A stretch of 62,484 nucleotides of DNA, counting the filler, from Dugesia japonica (lineage: Eukaryota), in NCBI GenBank assembly GCA_001938525.1. It is 6 parts of 6 records of this genome, joined end to end, with 100 filler letters (N's around TTAATTAATTAA, not from the genome) between each part and the next. Parts side by side here need not be neighbours in the genome. Positions count along the whole stretch, not along the records: positions 1 to 8,830 come from MQRL01626795.1; positions 8,931 to 17,807 come from MQRL01625892.1; 4 more parts are not named here. One strand, 5' to 3'. Shown here piece by piece: positions 1-13,110 of this stretch. The stretch's first letter is position 1, and each line of letters opens with the position of its first letter. A program made the position numbers and the translations under genes. Below the pieces are notes generated by a model that saw nothing but the letters and a program-made list of their open reading frames with translations, was not told where the DNA came from and searched no databases.

Positions 1-900
1 TATTGATTCAACTACAGATTTTTCGTCTTGTTTTGCCATGGCTGACAAGTTTGATGTTTTTACCTGTAATGACTACAACATACTTCTTAAACTTTGATTC
101 ATAATAAGCTATATCAATGATAATCTTGTCTAACGCTCCAACTTCGGTTCGAGGTAGTAAAAAGTCTTTTGTTTTGCCTGTATATGTTTTTCTTTCATTG
201 CGAATTAAGCCTTTTTAACTCATGTTCAATTGTACTGAACATATCTGGCCAAAAATAAGTTATTTGAATATAGTAATTTAATTTCTTCGTTCCCAAGTGA
301 CATAATTCTTCATAAATATGATTTACCTGCTGAAACAATTCTCTTCGTATTATTATCAACAAACAGCAATATATCTACTTCGACAAGGAGTTTATCAATA
401 AGAGTTTATTTAAATTTTTATTAACTTGGAAATTTTTATCTTTAATATATTCAATTATTTCTTTGGTAATTTGATTATTACTTTGAATTTTTATTATACT
501 TTCTTTACCGTAATTTCTACAATATTTATTCTTCTAATTCTAGATTTTTCATCTTTTGCATCATGATAAGTCGTCAAATATTGGGCTCATAAACTTTCTC
601 CTATTCTTGATAATCCATCAGCATTTCCATGATCAATGTCTTTACAAAATTGAAGATCAAAATCAAATTTTGCTAGGTTTGTAATCCACCTCTAGAACTG
701 TGAACTAATTGGTTTACTTGTTTTTTCATAAATACTTATGCCTTATGGTCAGTTTTGGCTATGAACATTTTCCCGTAAAGATAATGCTTCAAATGAATCA
801 TAAATTCGTGCAACACCAATAGTTCTTTTCTGGTTACACAATAACCCTTTTCATGATCATTCAAATTACGAGATACATAAGCAATAACAGTTTCTACACC
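1..900 (-). mobile_element. Ty3/Gypsy pol remnant (RNase H to integrase), pseudogenised
   Basis: ORF 736-921 gives VIAYVSRNLNDHEKGYCVTRKELL...HYLYGKMFIAKTDHKA (Gypsy RNase H). It continues past a stop as KPISSQF*RWITNLAKFDFDLQF...HGNADGLSR, then decayed integrase-like sequence. Confidence 0.85.
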
Positions 901-1692
901 AAAATAATATATAAAAAACAAATGAAAAGACTAATCAAAACATAGAATTTATTATTGATAAAACATGTATAATCACAGTAATTATGTACAGTTGTTTAAA
1001 TCTAGATCTTAATTGTAAATTAGATTTTAATAGCACAAATTAATTAGTTTAAATAATAAAATTAATTTCCTGTAAATGTGCTTCTTTTCATAATAATTAA
1101 GTTATATCAATAAGATAAATCATTAAGTTCAATTAAAATCATTAAATTAAGTAAAAATTATTAAGTTACAATTTGATAATATTATGTAAAGTTTAAATCA
1201 TTACAATAAAAATTGAAATAAATTATAATCAAATTAAAATAAAATCATTAATTTAAAATTATTAAAATATTAAAATTATTAAAGAAAGTCATTAAATTAA
1301 AATTTAATCTTAATAAATCTAACCTCTTTCAAAAAATTCCTTTGTCATATTTTCATAAAATTCCTAAGACACATCATTTTTTTTCATTCTAAAATATAAA
1401 TCAATAACAATAAATTAATTAAACTTATCATGTTAAAGCTTCTCGTCATGTTTGTTGAAATATTTTTCTTTGAATTCATTCTGTTTATATCTAAAATTAA
1501 AAAAAATCAATAAAATATATTAACAAATAAATATTCACTTATTTTATAGTAGATTTTTCAAGGTCATCTACCATTTTATTTATTTAGCACAGTTAAACAA
1601 ATATACATATCTATATATAATAATTTCCATATAATAATACTAATTAATTACCAGTCATTTTTAATTTAATACACTTAAACAAAAATTAATTT

Positions 1693-1978
1693 GAAGTCTG
1701 CCCGGTCGAAAGTTGCTATAGAAGTTACCTTGATCTACTTTCATTTCACCTTGACATACATTCATTTGACCTTGAAATAATACACTAATTAGAATTGTGT
1801 ATACTGTACCACTGATCTTGAAAATTTCGACCAATCAGATTCGAGTATACAATACCACTGATCTTGAAATAATTTGACTTTGAAAATTTTGACTAATCGA
1901 AATCGAGTATACTGTACTAGTCACCGTGAAATAATTTAACCTTGCTTTGCGAGTACAGTGCATTAGGAACTACCTTCT
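1693..1978. repeat. Terminal repeat block rich in (TG)ACCTTGA and GAGTATAC motifs, homologous to 44360-44652
   Basis: Both copies start AAGTCTGCCCG, contain repeated (T)GACCTTGA, CCAATCAGA and CGAGTATACT motifs, and end in a degenerate ...CTAC..CT terminus. Confidence 0.6.
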
Positions 1979-2854
1979 TAAAAATTAAAATTCAATAATG
2001 AATTCAAATAAATGAATAAACAAGTCCCAATTACAGAATATTCAGTTATATCTGTTTTGATTAGAATAAAAAAGCAAATACTGAAATTCTCCGCGGTATT
2101 TATACCAGGATAAAATACCGCAACGCTAAAATTAATAGAAAAGTTTTGAGAATTTTTATTATTAAAAGTAACGTTAACACAATAATAATTTTCTAAATTA
2201 TATTTTTGATTATAAAATTTTTGTAATAATATTTACGAAGATTTAAATTGAATAAAATTTATAATATTATTTTTTTATTGTTTATTTACCTAATTAAATG
2301 GAAACACCTTAATTTGAAATTTCTATAAAATTAGTAAAAGTAATATAAATTCAATTTACACATACAAAATTGTAAAATCAAGTAATACCCAAATTACATA
2401 ATTATAATAACACAATAGAATCAAATAGTTCAATAATATTGTCAAGCACAGAATATTGTTATTTTTGTACAGGATCATTATAAGGTCCATGAGAAATTGG
2501 TTTGTTTTGGATTGTCTAGTTTGATTTGAAAGTGACTGATTATTTGATCTGATTGTTCCCTGTCGAGATCATGATTGTTTGGAATTGAAAATGATTGACC
2601 ATTTGTTGTTATGTTTATGCTATATGTTAAGTGGATTTATTGTTATGCTTGGGTGACTGCTAGTGACTGAATGATTATTGTTTTATAGTGCATGTTGTGT
2701 AAACACAACATTTTTGCACATAAAATATTTAATAAACATAATGAAACAAGTACAGCAAAATACATCAAATGAATCATAGAAATCCATTAAACCTATCACA
2801 TTTGATAAATACAATGAACGAAATGCACCATATTCCAATAAAAACTCATTAATA

Positions 2855-3120
2855 TATAAACCCTTAGAAAATTAATATAAACCTTATAGATACCCTATAA
2901 AAACAATCAAAAATCCAATAAACTCTATACTTATTCTATAGACACAATATAGAAACCCTATGGAAACCTGTTAAACTCTATAAATACAATATAAATCCAT
3001 ATAAATTTCTATGGAAACACAATGAGACACTATAGAAACCCTAGAGAAACCCGAAAAATCTCTACAGAAACCTAACGAAACCTAAATTATCATAAAACCA
3101 TATAAATCATAGAAAATAAA
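2855..3120. repeat. Degenerate short-period tandem repeat (CTATAGAAACCC-like units)
   Basis: Recurrent aaaccc(t)ta(t)agaaa units with strong A/C strand bias. Confidence 0.55.
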
Positions 3121-3629
3121 GCTAGCTTGGAAAATAAAGTTTTTACTTTAGTTTCTAAATAAAACTAATTTTATTATGTAATAAACTGGTAAATTTTAAT
3201 TTATTATCACACAGTTCATGAGCAATACTAATGCAACTCATTGTATAACTAAGAACTCATTATTTAAAAAGAACTAAGAATCTTTTTTATAAGAATTGTA
3301 AATAAATAATAAATAAGTTCAATAAATTTAGAATTTTATATATTGTAACATTATATATTTTAAATTAAAACTTTGAAACGCCATTTAAATATATATTTCT
3401 GTATTACATGTTTNNNNNNNNNNNNNNNNNNNNNNNNNNNNNNNNNNNNNNNNNNNNNNNNNNNNNNNNNNNNNNNNNNNNNNNNNNNNNNNNNNNNNNN
3501 NNNNNNNNNNNNNNNNNNNNNNNNNNNNNNNNNNNNNNNNNNNNNNNNNNNNNNNNNNNNNNNNNNNNNNNNNNNNNNNNNNNNNNNNNNNNNNNNNNNN
3601 NNNNNNNNNNNNNNNNNNNNNNNNNNNNN

Positions 3630-4575
3630 AACATTTGAGCTTTGCTATGTCTAATATACATTTTTTGTTCAATGATGAATGGTACAAACAAGTTGATAGA
3701 TTTACTATTGGTTCAACTCTTGCGCCTACTTTATTTTCTTTGTTTTGGACCAATATTGAGGAAAAGACTAATTTGTTTATTGTAAATTAGCCACTAGTGT
3801 ATAAACGCCATGTAGATGATATATTTCTGATTTTTAATAACCAAGTAGATATTGACCCATTCCTAAACTATATGAATTCGTTGCATANNNNNNNNNNNNN
3901 NNCTACAGAAATGGAATGTAAATCTAAACTTTCTTTCCTTGACTTATTAATAGAAAGAAAGTCCAAACATTATGAAATAGAGATTTATCACAAACCAATG
4001 GACACAGGCTTGTATAGATCTCCTAGTAGTTTTTGTGATTCTCGTTATAAGTATAATATGATTAATAGATTGTTGTAAAGATCGTGGACTCTTTCCTCTT
4101 CATATTTAAAGTCTTGTGCTAATATTCAAAATAAAAATGGTTATTGTAAATCAATTGTGCAGAAATTAAATCGTGAAACAATTTATAAGATCTTATATAA
4201 AAATAATGAAATTAAAGATGTCAATAATAATGATAATAAAAATTTAATTGTGAAAATATTATCAAATACCCAAATAAGATAGATAAGTTTAATTACTTAT
4301 TAACTCTTCCGTATTCAGAAGGATTTAAACAATTTAAGAATGGGTTATTAAAATATAGAAATGACTCTTGGAATTTTAAAATTGTTTCGCAATCTTTTAA
4401 AATCATAAATATGTTTAGTAATAAGTCTAAAACACCAATTCAATAGTGTTCTGATCTTGTTTATAAATAAAAATGTAGTGGATGTAATTCCACGTATACA
4501 TTGGAGAGACTTTCCGCCATCTCTGTACACGAATTCAAGAACATCGTCGAGTTGGTAGTGGAAGTAATATATTAA
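3630..4575 (+). mobile_element. Penelope-like retroelement remnant (RT + GIY-YIG endonuclease)
   Basis: RT motifs FLFNDEWYKQVDRFTIGSTLAPTL, YKRHVDDIF, LSFLDLLI and IYHKPMDTGLY. GIY-YIG motif LVYK*KCSGCNSTYIGETFRHLCTRIQEH. Stops present. Confidence 0.9.
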
Positions 4576-4781
4576 GGTGAATTTTATTGAATGTGTTAAT
4601 ATTTAAATATTAACTTGTAAATATTTTTGAATTTAACGTCATAAGTTATTTTAAAAAATTTTTCATAAAAATAATTATGTGGGTTAACTTGTTTGAATAT
4701 TCTGAATAATCATCTTTTTTAACTTTTAAAAAACACCAAAACAATTTGTGATTAAATAAATATTTATGAAGACTTAATATA

Positions 4782-6011
4782 CAGGGTGCGCCAGCAAAAT
4801 CCGGACAAAGTGTGTTGTGATATCCGAATACATAAATTAATTAATCTAAATTTAATATAAATTTGTTTAAATAAACTAATCTGTGTTTTATTTAAAATTG
4901 TATACAAAAACCAAATATAATGCAAAATTTTGTCGAAGAGCGGCAATATTTGAATGGCTGCGTGCTGGAAGATCGCCCACTTGGAGTAGTCCGGAGAAGA
5001 TACTAGTAGTCCAGAGAAAAAGATTTATTCAAAAAAATGAAGTCAAAACCACTGAAAGCTATCCAAAGAGCTGAAGAACTAATTATGAACGATCCTGGGA
5101 CGTCACTTGAAGAATTAGCGACCATATTAGAATATAGTAAGTCTCCCATGCGTCGAATTGCTGAAGAAGACCTTGGATGCACATCCTATGTAATGAAAGA
5201 GAGGCAAATGTTGTCTGAGGCCACCAAGATCAAATGAATTGCCCGATGTAAATTTCTATTGTCTTCAATAAAACATAAAGCTAGTGGACGCCTAAAGTTT
5301 TATTTTCAGACGAGAAGATTTTTACCAAAAATGCCAATGTGAACAAAAGGAACGACCGGTAACTTGCCCACAATCCAAAAGATCTTCTTGTAGTAGGCCG
5401 TACAAAATTTCCAACAAGTTTACATGTTCTAAGCGTTGTTTCCAGTGAAGGTGATTGCATGCCACCATTTTTCTTTTCAAAAGGTGAAACAATTACAAAG
5501 GATGTCTATCTTCGGGTTTTAATATCGACAGTACATTTTTGNATAACAACTGTAGCTGCTGGAAGGTCATACGTGTTTCAACAGGATGGTGCACCAGCTC
5601 ATACACGCCTCTTAGTGCAAAAATGGTTATCAGAACATTTGAATATATTTTGATTCAAGAAAATATGCGTTCTAAATAGTCCAGATTTAAATCCTCTAGT
5701 CTATTTTGTCTGGGCGTTATTGAAAGGGTTGCTAATAAGTCTAGACATACCAATGTTGCATCCCTACAAGTAGCTATTAAGGCAGCATTGGCCGATTTGA
5801 ACAGGGAGCACCTAAAGAGAGCATGTTCGTGCTCACGAGAGCAAATAGAGGCTGTAATAGCTGCTAAAGGTAGCTATATTGAATGAAAATTCATTAAACG
5901 ATCTGATTAATTAAAATATTACCTTATTTGTTATTACTTGTTGCATTTTCTTAATAAATTTTGTGTTAGAATAATTAATTTGTTTTGTCCGGATTTTACT
6001 GCCGCACCCTG
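4782..6011 (+). mobile_element. Full-length maT (DD37D) Tc1/mariner element with defective transposase
   Basis: 28-bp TIRs CAGGGTGCGCCAGCAAAATCCGGACAAA (2 mismatches) with TA on both sides. Motifs FSDEKIFT, MPPFFF, FQQDGAPAH and SPDLNPL(V)Y. There are 37 residues between the second D and the mutated third D (GAC>GTC). Confidence 0.92.
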
Positions 6012-6030
6012 TATTGTTAACCAAAATAAT

Positions 6031-6032
<2 letters not shown>

Positions 6033-6095
<63 letters not shown>
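6033..6095. repeat. (AAT)n microsatellite running into a gap
   Basis: Direct reading. Confidence 0.95.
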
Positions 6096-6687
6096 NNNNN
6101 NNNNNNNNNNNNNNNNNNNNNNNNNNNNNNNNNNNNNNNNNNNNNNNNNNNNNNNNNNNNNNNNNNNNNNNNNNNNNNNNNNNNATAATCTTATATGATA
6201 TAAATTCATTTATATACTAATTCAGATGGCATCAGTTTTCCATTTACATTTTAATATTTTTGAAAACCAATTTTGTTAATTTTCCTCTTTTCAAGCGCTT
6301 TTCGAACTGAATTTTGACTTAAGTTACTTTTATTATATTTCTTTTTGCAGTTCTACTGTCATTCAGTTTCATCTTTTCCAAATTGCTTTATTTCTTCTGG
6401 ATAAGGACTCAGTATTTAATTTATTTTTATTCAAGATTTTTCTTTATAATTTTACAATGCCTTTTATTTACATGATCATACTAAACATTGTGAATAATTT
6501 TGCTTCAGTGAATTCATTTAGTTTGTGAATCAGATATCAGTTGGGATGTTATATTATATAACTCGATTACAAAATTTATTTTTTCTATTCTTATATTCAT
6601 AGTTCTTGATTGTATTCGTAACTCTGCTGAAAATGTTTTTATTTTGAATGCATTGGTGTTTTACTACATAACTATTATTTTTCTTAG

Positions 6688-7266
6688 AGTATTCCATATT
6701 TAATGATTATGATGAAAGAAAACTGTTTCATTTCTGAACTCATTTTGACCAATAATAACTTAACTTACAAATGTGCAGAAATACTTGCTCTTAGTCTTAG
6801 CGAAAATCTTCAAATTTCCCGTTTGGATTTAAGTCAAAACACCTTAGATGATAGATCAGCAAATTTTATTGGGGAATTAATTATGGTATTTTATTGACAT
6901 TTAAAATTAATTTGTAATTTTAATATATTCAAGAATATCTCCAAATTAGAATATCTGAATCTCTCTAAAAATAAATTTAGTTTCGGCTGTTTACAGCCTT
7001 TAGGAGCCGCACTTGCTCAAGCTCGAAATTTAATAGAATTTGATCTAAGTTGGAATCATATCTCAGGAAATGAGATGAAGCATTTTTGCTCCGGTTTAAG
7101 TGTAAGCATTAAATGTTTTATTAATTTATTTGATTAGCTATTTAAAGGAAAATACTTCTTTAAAAGTTTTAAATATGGGATGGAACGGATTGGGTTCTAT
7201 ATCTGGAATGCAAGACATAGGGAAAATGCTCAAAATTAATACAACTCTTGATGTATTGGATCTGTC
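6688..7266 (+). CDS. Three internal exons of an RNI-like leucine-rich repeat protein, LRRC74-like
   Basis: Exons 6688-6885, 6934-7101 and 7148-7266; GT-AG introns of 48 and 46 bp; frame preserved. Joined peptide ...ISRLDLSQNTL...|NISKLEYLNLSKNKF...LIEFDLSWNHISG...GLS|ENTSLKVLNMGWNGLG...TLDVLDLS has 28-aa RNI-type repeats. Confidence 0.85.
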
Positions 7267-7389
7267 GTAAGTCTAGTTTAAGAAAAATGTTTAGATTGTT
7301 CATAGTATGCTATATATAAATTCTGTGAAAAAATAACTGATTAATTACTACATAATTGGCATTTTCTCACCATTTAATATTAATAATAG

Positions 7390-8830
7390 AATTCTCCCCG
7401 GACAATACTATTAGTTAAATTGAAAACTTCAAAATTTTCAATAATTCTAAAAATGTTTTTAATTTTTTCCACATTTCTTTCGATCATCTTGCCTTTTGAA
7501 CTTTTCAGCAGTTATCGTCTTTCATGAATTTGTTTTATCACCTCATATGGACCTACATATCTTTCTTTGTCTTTTGATCTGTTTTCTGCCTTGATTAGGA
7601 CCTCGTCTCTAACTTGAAAATGTCTCTTTGTTGGTGTCAACTCTTCAGATTCNNNNNNNNNNNNNNNNNNNNNNNNNNNNNNNNNNNNNNNNNNNNNNNN
7701 NNNNNNNNTCACTTCTGCTGGACTTATCCCCAAAGTCTTCTGACTTGTTGCATGCAGTGTACATTCGATTTCTGGTACTATCTCTGCTCAATTTTTATTC
7801 TTTTTATCTTTTAATGTTCCATTGATGTAATCTCTGATTGTTCTGAAATGGTATTCTACTATTACATTTCTATTATGATGATATGGACTTGAAAAGCAAA
7901 TCTTCATATTCATTGAATCTGTCATCTCTTTAAAGGATTTCGATTCGAAAGTCTTCCCACAATTTACATTTNTCTCTTTCAGAGCACCAAATCTCAGTAT
8001 CCATTTATTCATAATCGTTTTCTTTATTGATTATTGATCTTGTTGAACTAGGGTTGTTAAACATATGTATTTGCTAAATTAATCTATTATGGCACATATA
8101 TATCTTTTCCTTCTTACGATTTCTTGGAATGGTTCATATAGTTTCATGAAGTTATAGTTTCTTCCTTTGTTGTAACTGTTGTTACTTTGTTCATTCGGCA
8201 CGCTGTACATTCTTTAATTACTCTTGAGACAGTTTCTCTTAATTATTTCATATCATATTCATTTTTAAAATAATTTATCATTTTTTCCTTACCTGCGTGA
8301 ACCAATAAATTATGCATTTCTTTTACGGTTTGAATTTTCTTCTCTGATGGAATCAATATTTTGCTGTTTTTCGTATTTATCATATCTTCTATTAATCGAA
8401 ACTTCTTGCATGTTTTATTTTTTATATAATTCTTTATCTGGTCAATTTCTAATACATTACTTTGCCATTTACATGTATCTAAACCTGGTATACTATTAAT
8501 TTTTCTCGTTTTCATTTTTCCTTGGATTCTCATCTTCTGTTAAGCTTTGTACACCAAAATTCATTCGCGACAGCATATCTGCATTCGTATGTTTCGCGCC
8601 CTTTCTAAATTCCAATATCATATTTTAGCTACTAAGAAAATTCATCCAAGTCTGAAATTGCGGAGTAATTGGCTTGTTTGTCTTTTCATGTAAATAATAT
8701 TTTAAATGGTTACAAAAATAGTAAATAGCCAATAATTATTTTCTTGTTATACAATATTCTTTCTCATGAGCTGACATTGCATATGATTCATATGTGGTGA
8801 CTTGTTGCAGTCATCTTTCATCTATTTGCG
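7390..8830 (-). mobile_element. Ty3/Gypsy pol remnant (RNase H, integrase, C-terminal tail), within or next to an LRR gene intron
   Basis: MSAHEKEYCITRK*LLAIYYFCNHLKYYL, KPITPQFQTWMNFLS, KHTNADMLSR, HNLLVHAGKEK (zinc finger), CGKTFES...SSPYHHNRN (rve) and ERYVGPYEV. Confidence 0.9.
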
Positions 8831-8930
8831 NNNNNNNNNNNNNNNNNNNNNNNNNNNNNNNNNNNNNNNNNNNNTTAATTAATTAANNNNNNNNNNNNNN
8901 NNNNNNNNNNNNNNNNNNNNNNNNNNNNNN
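8831..8930. other. Artificial contig-joining spacer (44N-TTAATTAATTAA-44N)
   Basis: Exactly 100 bp. The palindromic core has stop codons in all six frames. Identical copies at 17808, 29310, 44113 and 53480. Confidence 0.95.
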
Positions 8931-10239
8931 AGAAGAGTGCTACACTAATTTGAAAATAAAAAGAATTACCGAGAAATTTTAACTGTTGGATGGTCAGGGA
9001 ATCGATATAATTGAATACATGCGATTACAAATGAAGACGCCAATACCAACGATGGATAAAGGAAAGTATATGAGAAGGCAGTACCAATAAAGGAGTTGGT
9101 TGGAGTCATTGATAAATTAATTTTGTTTTCATATCGGTAAAGTTACAGAGCAAGTATACAAATTCTTAAAGGAAAATTTTCGGGATGATATCAAAACAGA
9201 ATGAAGTTATTGATAAAATAGTTAATTTATGTGAGAAACTCTGTAGATAACAAAATAGTTTTTCAATTTATAGATGTGATGAGTTACGATAAATTTTTAA
9301 CATTCAACTTTTCGCCAGAATCGATTTAACCAATTAAATTACATATTTTTATAATCAACTTGTAATCACAAATATATAATCTGAACATTTTTAAGTGTCG
9401 CGTAGTCNTTTTTTGTAAAGATAACTAAGAACTTAGACATTGATTATCAGTAATAACCTGAATTACTAAGAAATTGTACCAAGACATGTAATAGGCATAT
9501 TGAATTGTATTTAATGTTACGACTGGTAAATATATCTCCTGTTTACAATGGTAATGCAGTTATAAAACCGAACCAACTGAAACTACACCAATGATGTAAT
9601 AGAGTTTTAATTGTTTTCCTTTCAATGAATGATTACAAGCCATTGAGATATAACAAAGAAATCTTCAATTAAGAGATATGGTTGGTATTTACAGAGGTTT
9701 CCACATAAATTACCTACTCCAAGACATCGATTTCATTCGGTATGACAACGCAGGACAATTATTAACGACGCAACTTGCGAATAGTGAAAATTCTGTGAAC
9801 GGCACTAAACGAGGTTATGGTGTATTTTGTCAAAGATAATTATATCGCCCTTTCGATTGTCGAAATCGAAATACTAACTACTTTTTGAGCGTCTCATGAA
9901 ATTTAGATTGATTTTAGAGTAATTGATCAATCTTCACTTTTGGTCTTTGTTTTTATAAAATTCCCAATGCTGGTGTGATTTCTTTGACATTTTGTGCTCG
10001 TTTCAACATATATAATTTATTCTTCCAATCTTCTTACAGTTTTCTTGGTTGCATTCCTACTTCAAGATCAATTCCTACTAATATCTATCTATATATAGGA
10101 CTTTCCTGATTCGTATTTTGATATGATTTTATTCATTGTTTCATCAGATAGTTCTTTCATCTATCATCTTCACTCAATATATCGTACAGCTCAATCAATA
10201 ATGCAAGCCAAATGCTGTCACAAGGCCAATCGAATGAAG

Positions 10240-10560
10240 AAATGGTAAATACTAAAGAAGGCAGTTAAAAGACTGATCAGAACGAGTTAAAAACACAACT
10301 TGTTGTTATTATAAATCGTGATAATTCCGTATGATGATCGAATCATTGAGTGAGACTGGAATTGGTGCAAAGTATTAAAAGAAATGGAAATGACGAGGAA
10401 AAGATTAACAAAAATACCAGAAGAAACAGTGAGAAAATGATAGATTTGTGGTATCAATATGCACGTGAAATTGGATTGTTATTATGAAATAACTGGTTTT
10501 GTCTCGATGAAACCGGTTTCAATTTACCCACAAATCAGTAAACTGGATACTTTATTCACA
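10240..10560 (+). mobile_element. Tc1/IS630-like transposase fragment
   Basis: CKVLKEMEMTRKRLTKIPEE...YQYAREI...CLDETGFNL (first catalytic D motif); frameshifted. Confidence 0.7.
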
Positions 10561-10716
10561 TTTCTTTGACANNNNNNNNNNNNNNNNNNNNNNNNNNNNN
10601 NNNNNNNNNNNNNNNNNNNNNNNNNNNNNNNNNNNNNNNNNNNNNNNNNNNNNNNNNNNNNNNNNNNNNNNNNNNNNNNNNNNNNNNNNNNNNNNNNNNN
10701 NNNNNNNNNNNNNNNN

Positions 10717-11960
10717 ATTTTTTTATTTGACAAAATAATTTTTTTATTTGACAAAATAATTTTTTTATTTGACAAAATAATTTTTTATTTGTCAAAATTA
10801 ATTTTTTTATTTGACAAAATTATTTTTTACTTTTCCAAAATTATGTTTTATTTGACAAAATTATTTATTATTTGACAAAATAATTTTTTTATTTGACAAA
10901 ATAATTTTTTTATTTGACAAAATATTTTTATTTGACAAAATAATTTTTTGATTTGACAAAATTATTTTTTTATTTGACAAAATATTTTTATTTAACAAAA
11001 TAATTTTTGATTTGACAAAATATTTTTATTTGACAAAATTATATTTGTATTTGACAAAATTATTTTTTTATTTGACAAAATTATTTTTTACTTTTCCAAA
11101 ATTATGTTTTATTTGACAAAATTATTTATTATTTGACAAAATTATTTATTATTTGACAAAATTATTTTTTTATTTGACAAAATTATTTTTTTTTGACAAA
11201 TTAATTTTTTATTTGATTAAATAATTTTTGATTTGACAAAATAATTTTTTAATTTGACAAAATAATTTTTGATTTGACAAAATAATTTTTTAATTTGACA
11301 AAATAATTTTTGATTTGACAAAATTAATTTTTTATTTGACAAAATAATTTTTTAATTTGACAAAATAATTTTTGATTTGACAAAATTAATTTTTTTGGAC
11401 AAAATAATTTTTTAATTTGACTAAATATTTTTATTTAACAAAATAATTTTCATTTTTTTAAAATAAAAAAATATTTTGTCAAATAAAAAGAAATTTTGTC
11501 AAATAAAATAATTAATTTATCAAAAAAATTATTTTTTATTTGACAAAATTTCTTTTTATTTGACAAAATATTTTTTATTTGATGAAATTATTTGACAAAA
11601 TTAATTTTTTTGGACAAAATAATTTTTTAATTTGACAAAATTATTTTTTTTGACATAATTATTTTTTTATTTGACAAAAATTATTTTTACTTTTCCAAAA
11701 TAATTTTTTATTTGACAAAATTATTTTTTTATTTGACAAAATATTTTTATTTAACAAAATAATTTTTTAATTTGACAAAATATTTTTATTTAACAAAATA
11801 ATTTTCATTTTTTAAAAATAAAAAAATATTTTGTCAAATAAAAAGAAATTTTGTCAAATAAAATAATTAATTTATCAAAAAAATTATTTTTTATTTGACA
11901 AAATTTCTTTTTATTTGACAAAATATTTTTTATTTGATGAAATTATTTGACAAAAATATT
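10717..11960. repeat. Minisatellite array, ~20-21 bp unit TTTGACAAAATAATTTTTTTA, with internal inversions
   Basis: Dozens of tandem units; inverted TTTTGTCAAA units at ~11461-11520 and ~11816-11880. Confidence 0.95.
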
Positions 11961-12439
11961 TATATTTGATTTCTATGAGAAACTGTATTCTTCCTGATTA
12001 ATTCAGAATATACAATCCTAAAAACAAGAATAAAACTTTTAATTCAAACGCAATCTGACAAAGAAAAGATCAATTGAAAAATATTTCCTCTATCATAAAG
12101 TTATTGCGACGGCATATTAAAAAAGGAATTTCAAAAGATCCATTCACTGAGTACAAGTGTATGTTTTAAAATTCCAAGAATTAGAAGTTAATACTAAAAA
12201 TCTTTGATTTAAAAAACTGAAAATTCTTTACAAATGATAAATTTCGTCAAAACATTCAGAAATTTGGCCAATATGTTATTCTTTTATAATAAATTTATTT
12301 TAATAATTCGTTTACAATACGATTAAATCAAGATTTTGAATAATTATAACACTTTAATTTATCTAATATGAATGATTACTTTAAAAATAAACAAAAATAA
12401 ATTGTGTTTATTATTTTTATTAAACTAAAAATAACTTAC

Positions 12440-13110
12440 TTTTGACAAAGGCAAATCATCTTCTGATTTATCATCAATAGCATCTGCTGATTTATCAGGA
12501 CTTTTCACACTTTTCATCATCACATCATTAATTTCAATAGCTACATATGCTCTGCGATTTAATAAATTATTTCCAACTATATCTCTTTGAATTCCATTAT
12601 CGATGTGTTCTTCTTTTCCATTAGTAGCTTCTGATTCATTAGTATCAGTATTTATTACAACCTTTTTTTCTCCTTTTTTATATTTCCTGACTTCTTCCAA
12701 TTTATTTAGTTCTTTATTATCACTTTTAACTTCTTTATCTATCAATACTATAGCCTTTCGTTTTTTGTATTTTGGCTTTTCTTTGGAAGAAATAGATGAT
12801 TTTTCTGAAATATTTGATGGACTATTAATTTCTTCCACAAACTAAATAATTGAGCTAAGTTTATTTTTAGGGATTTATTTCAATTACTTTTTCGATTTCA
12901 ACTTTTCTTTTCTTTTTAGGTTCTATATAGTGTGATAAGAGTCGTTGATTATCAACTAAAAGTTCCATTGAAGGTTTTGATAATCTTCCAGACGGACGCC
13001 TGGCCTAAAAAAAATAAAAATCAAATTAAACAACAAAAAATATTTTTTTAAAAATAAATTTGTTTACCGGAATTAAATTTTCTGATTCTACATTCATAAC
13101 AACAATAGAT
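12440..13110 (-). CDS. Three internal exons of an uncharacterised K/E/S-rich, probably nuclear protein
   Basis: Exons 13110-13068, 13004-12888 and 12841-12440; GT-AG introns of 63 and 46 bp; continuous frame: SIVVMNVESENLIP|ARRPSGRLSKPSMELL...EPKKKRKVEIEK|FVEEINSPS...DDLPLSK, followed by a GTAAGT donor. Confidence 0.75.

Noticed and set aside
2093-2121. GC-tipped hairpin GCGGTATTT...AAATACCGC as a Helitron 3' end or terminator
   Set aside because: No CTRR terminus at the expected distance, and bacterial terminators do not apply here.
3373-3753. ORF-track ORFs spanning N runs or microsatellites (also 5934-6220, 10524-10795, 54690-54971, 56329-56560)
   Set aside because: Open only because of Ns or (AAT)n repeats.
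8875-8886. Palindrome TTAATTAATTAA recurring five times
   Set aside because: Always centred in 44+44 Ns; an artificial six-frame-stop linker, not biology.
10717-11960. CRISPR-like appearance of regularly spaced repeats (also 20192-20500)
   Set aside because: No unique spacers, no cas genes and a eukaryotic context.
12008-12162. AG...GT bounded exon-like segment on the + strand
   Set aside because: All three frames contain stops and no homology was recognised.
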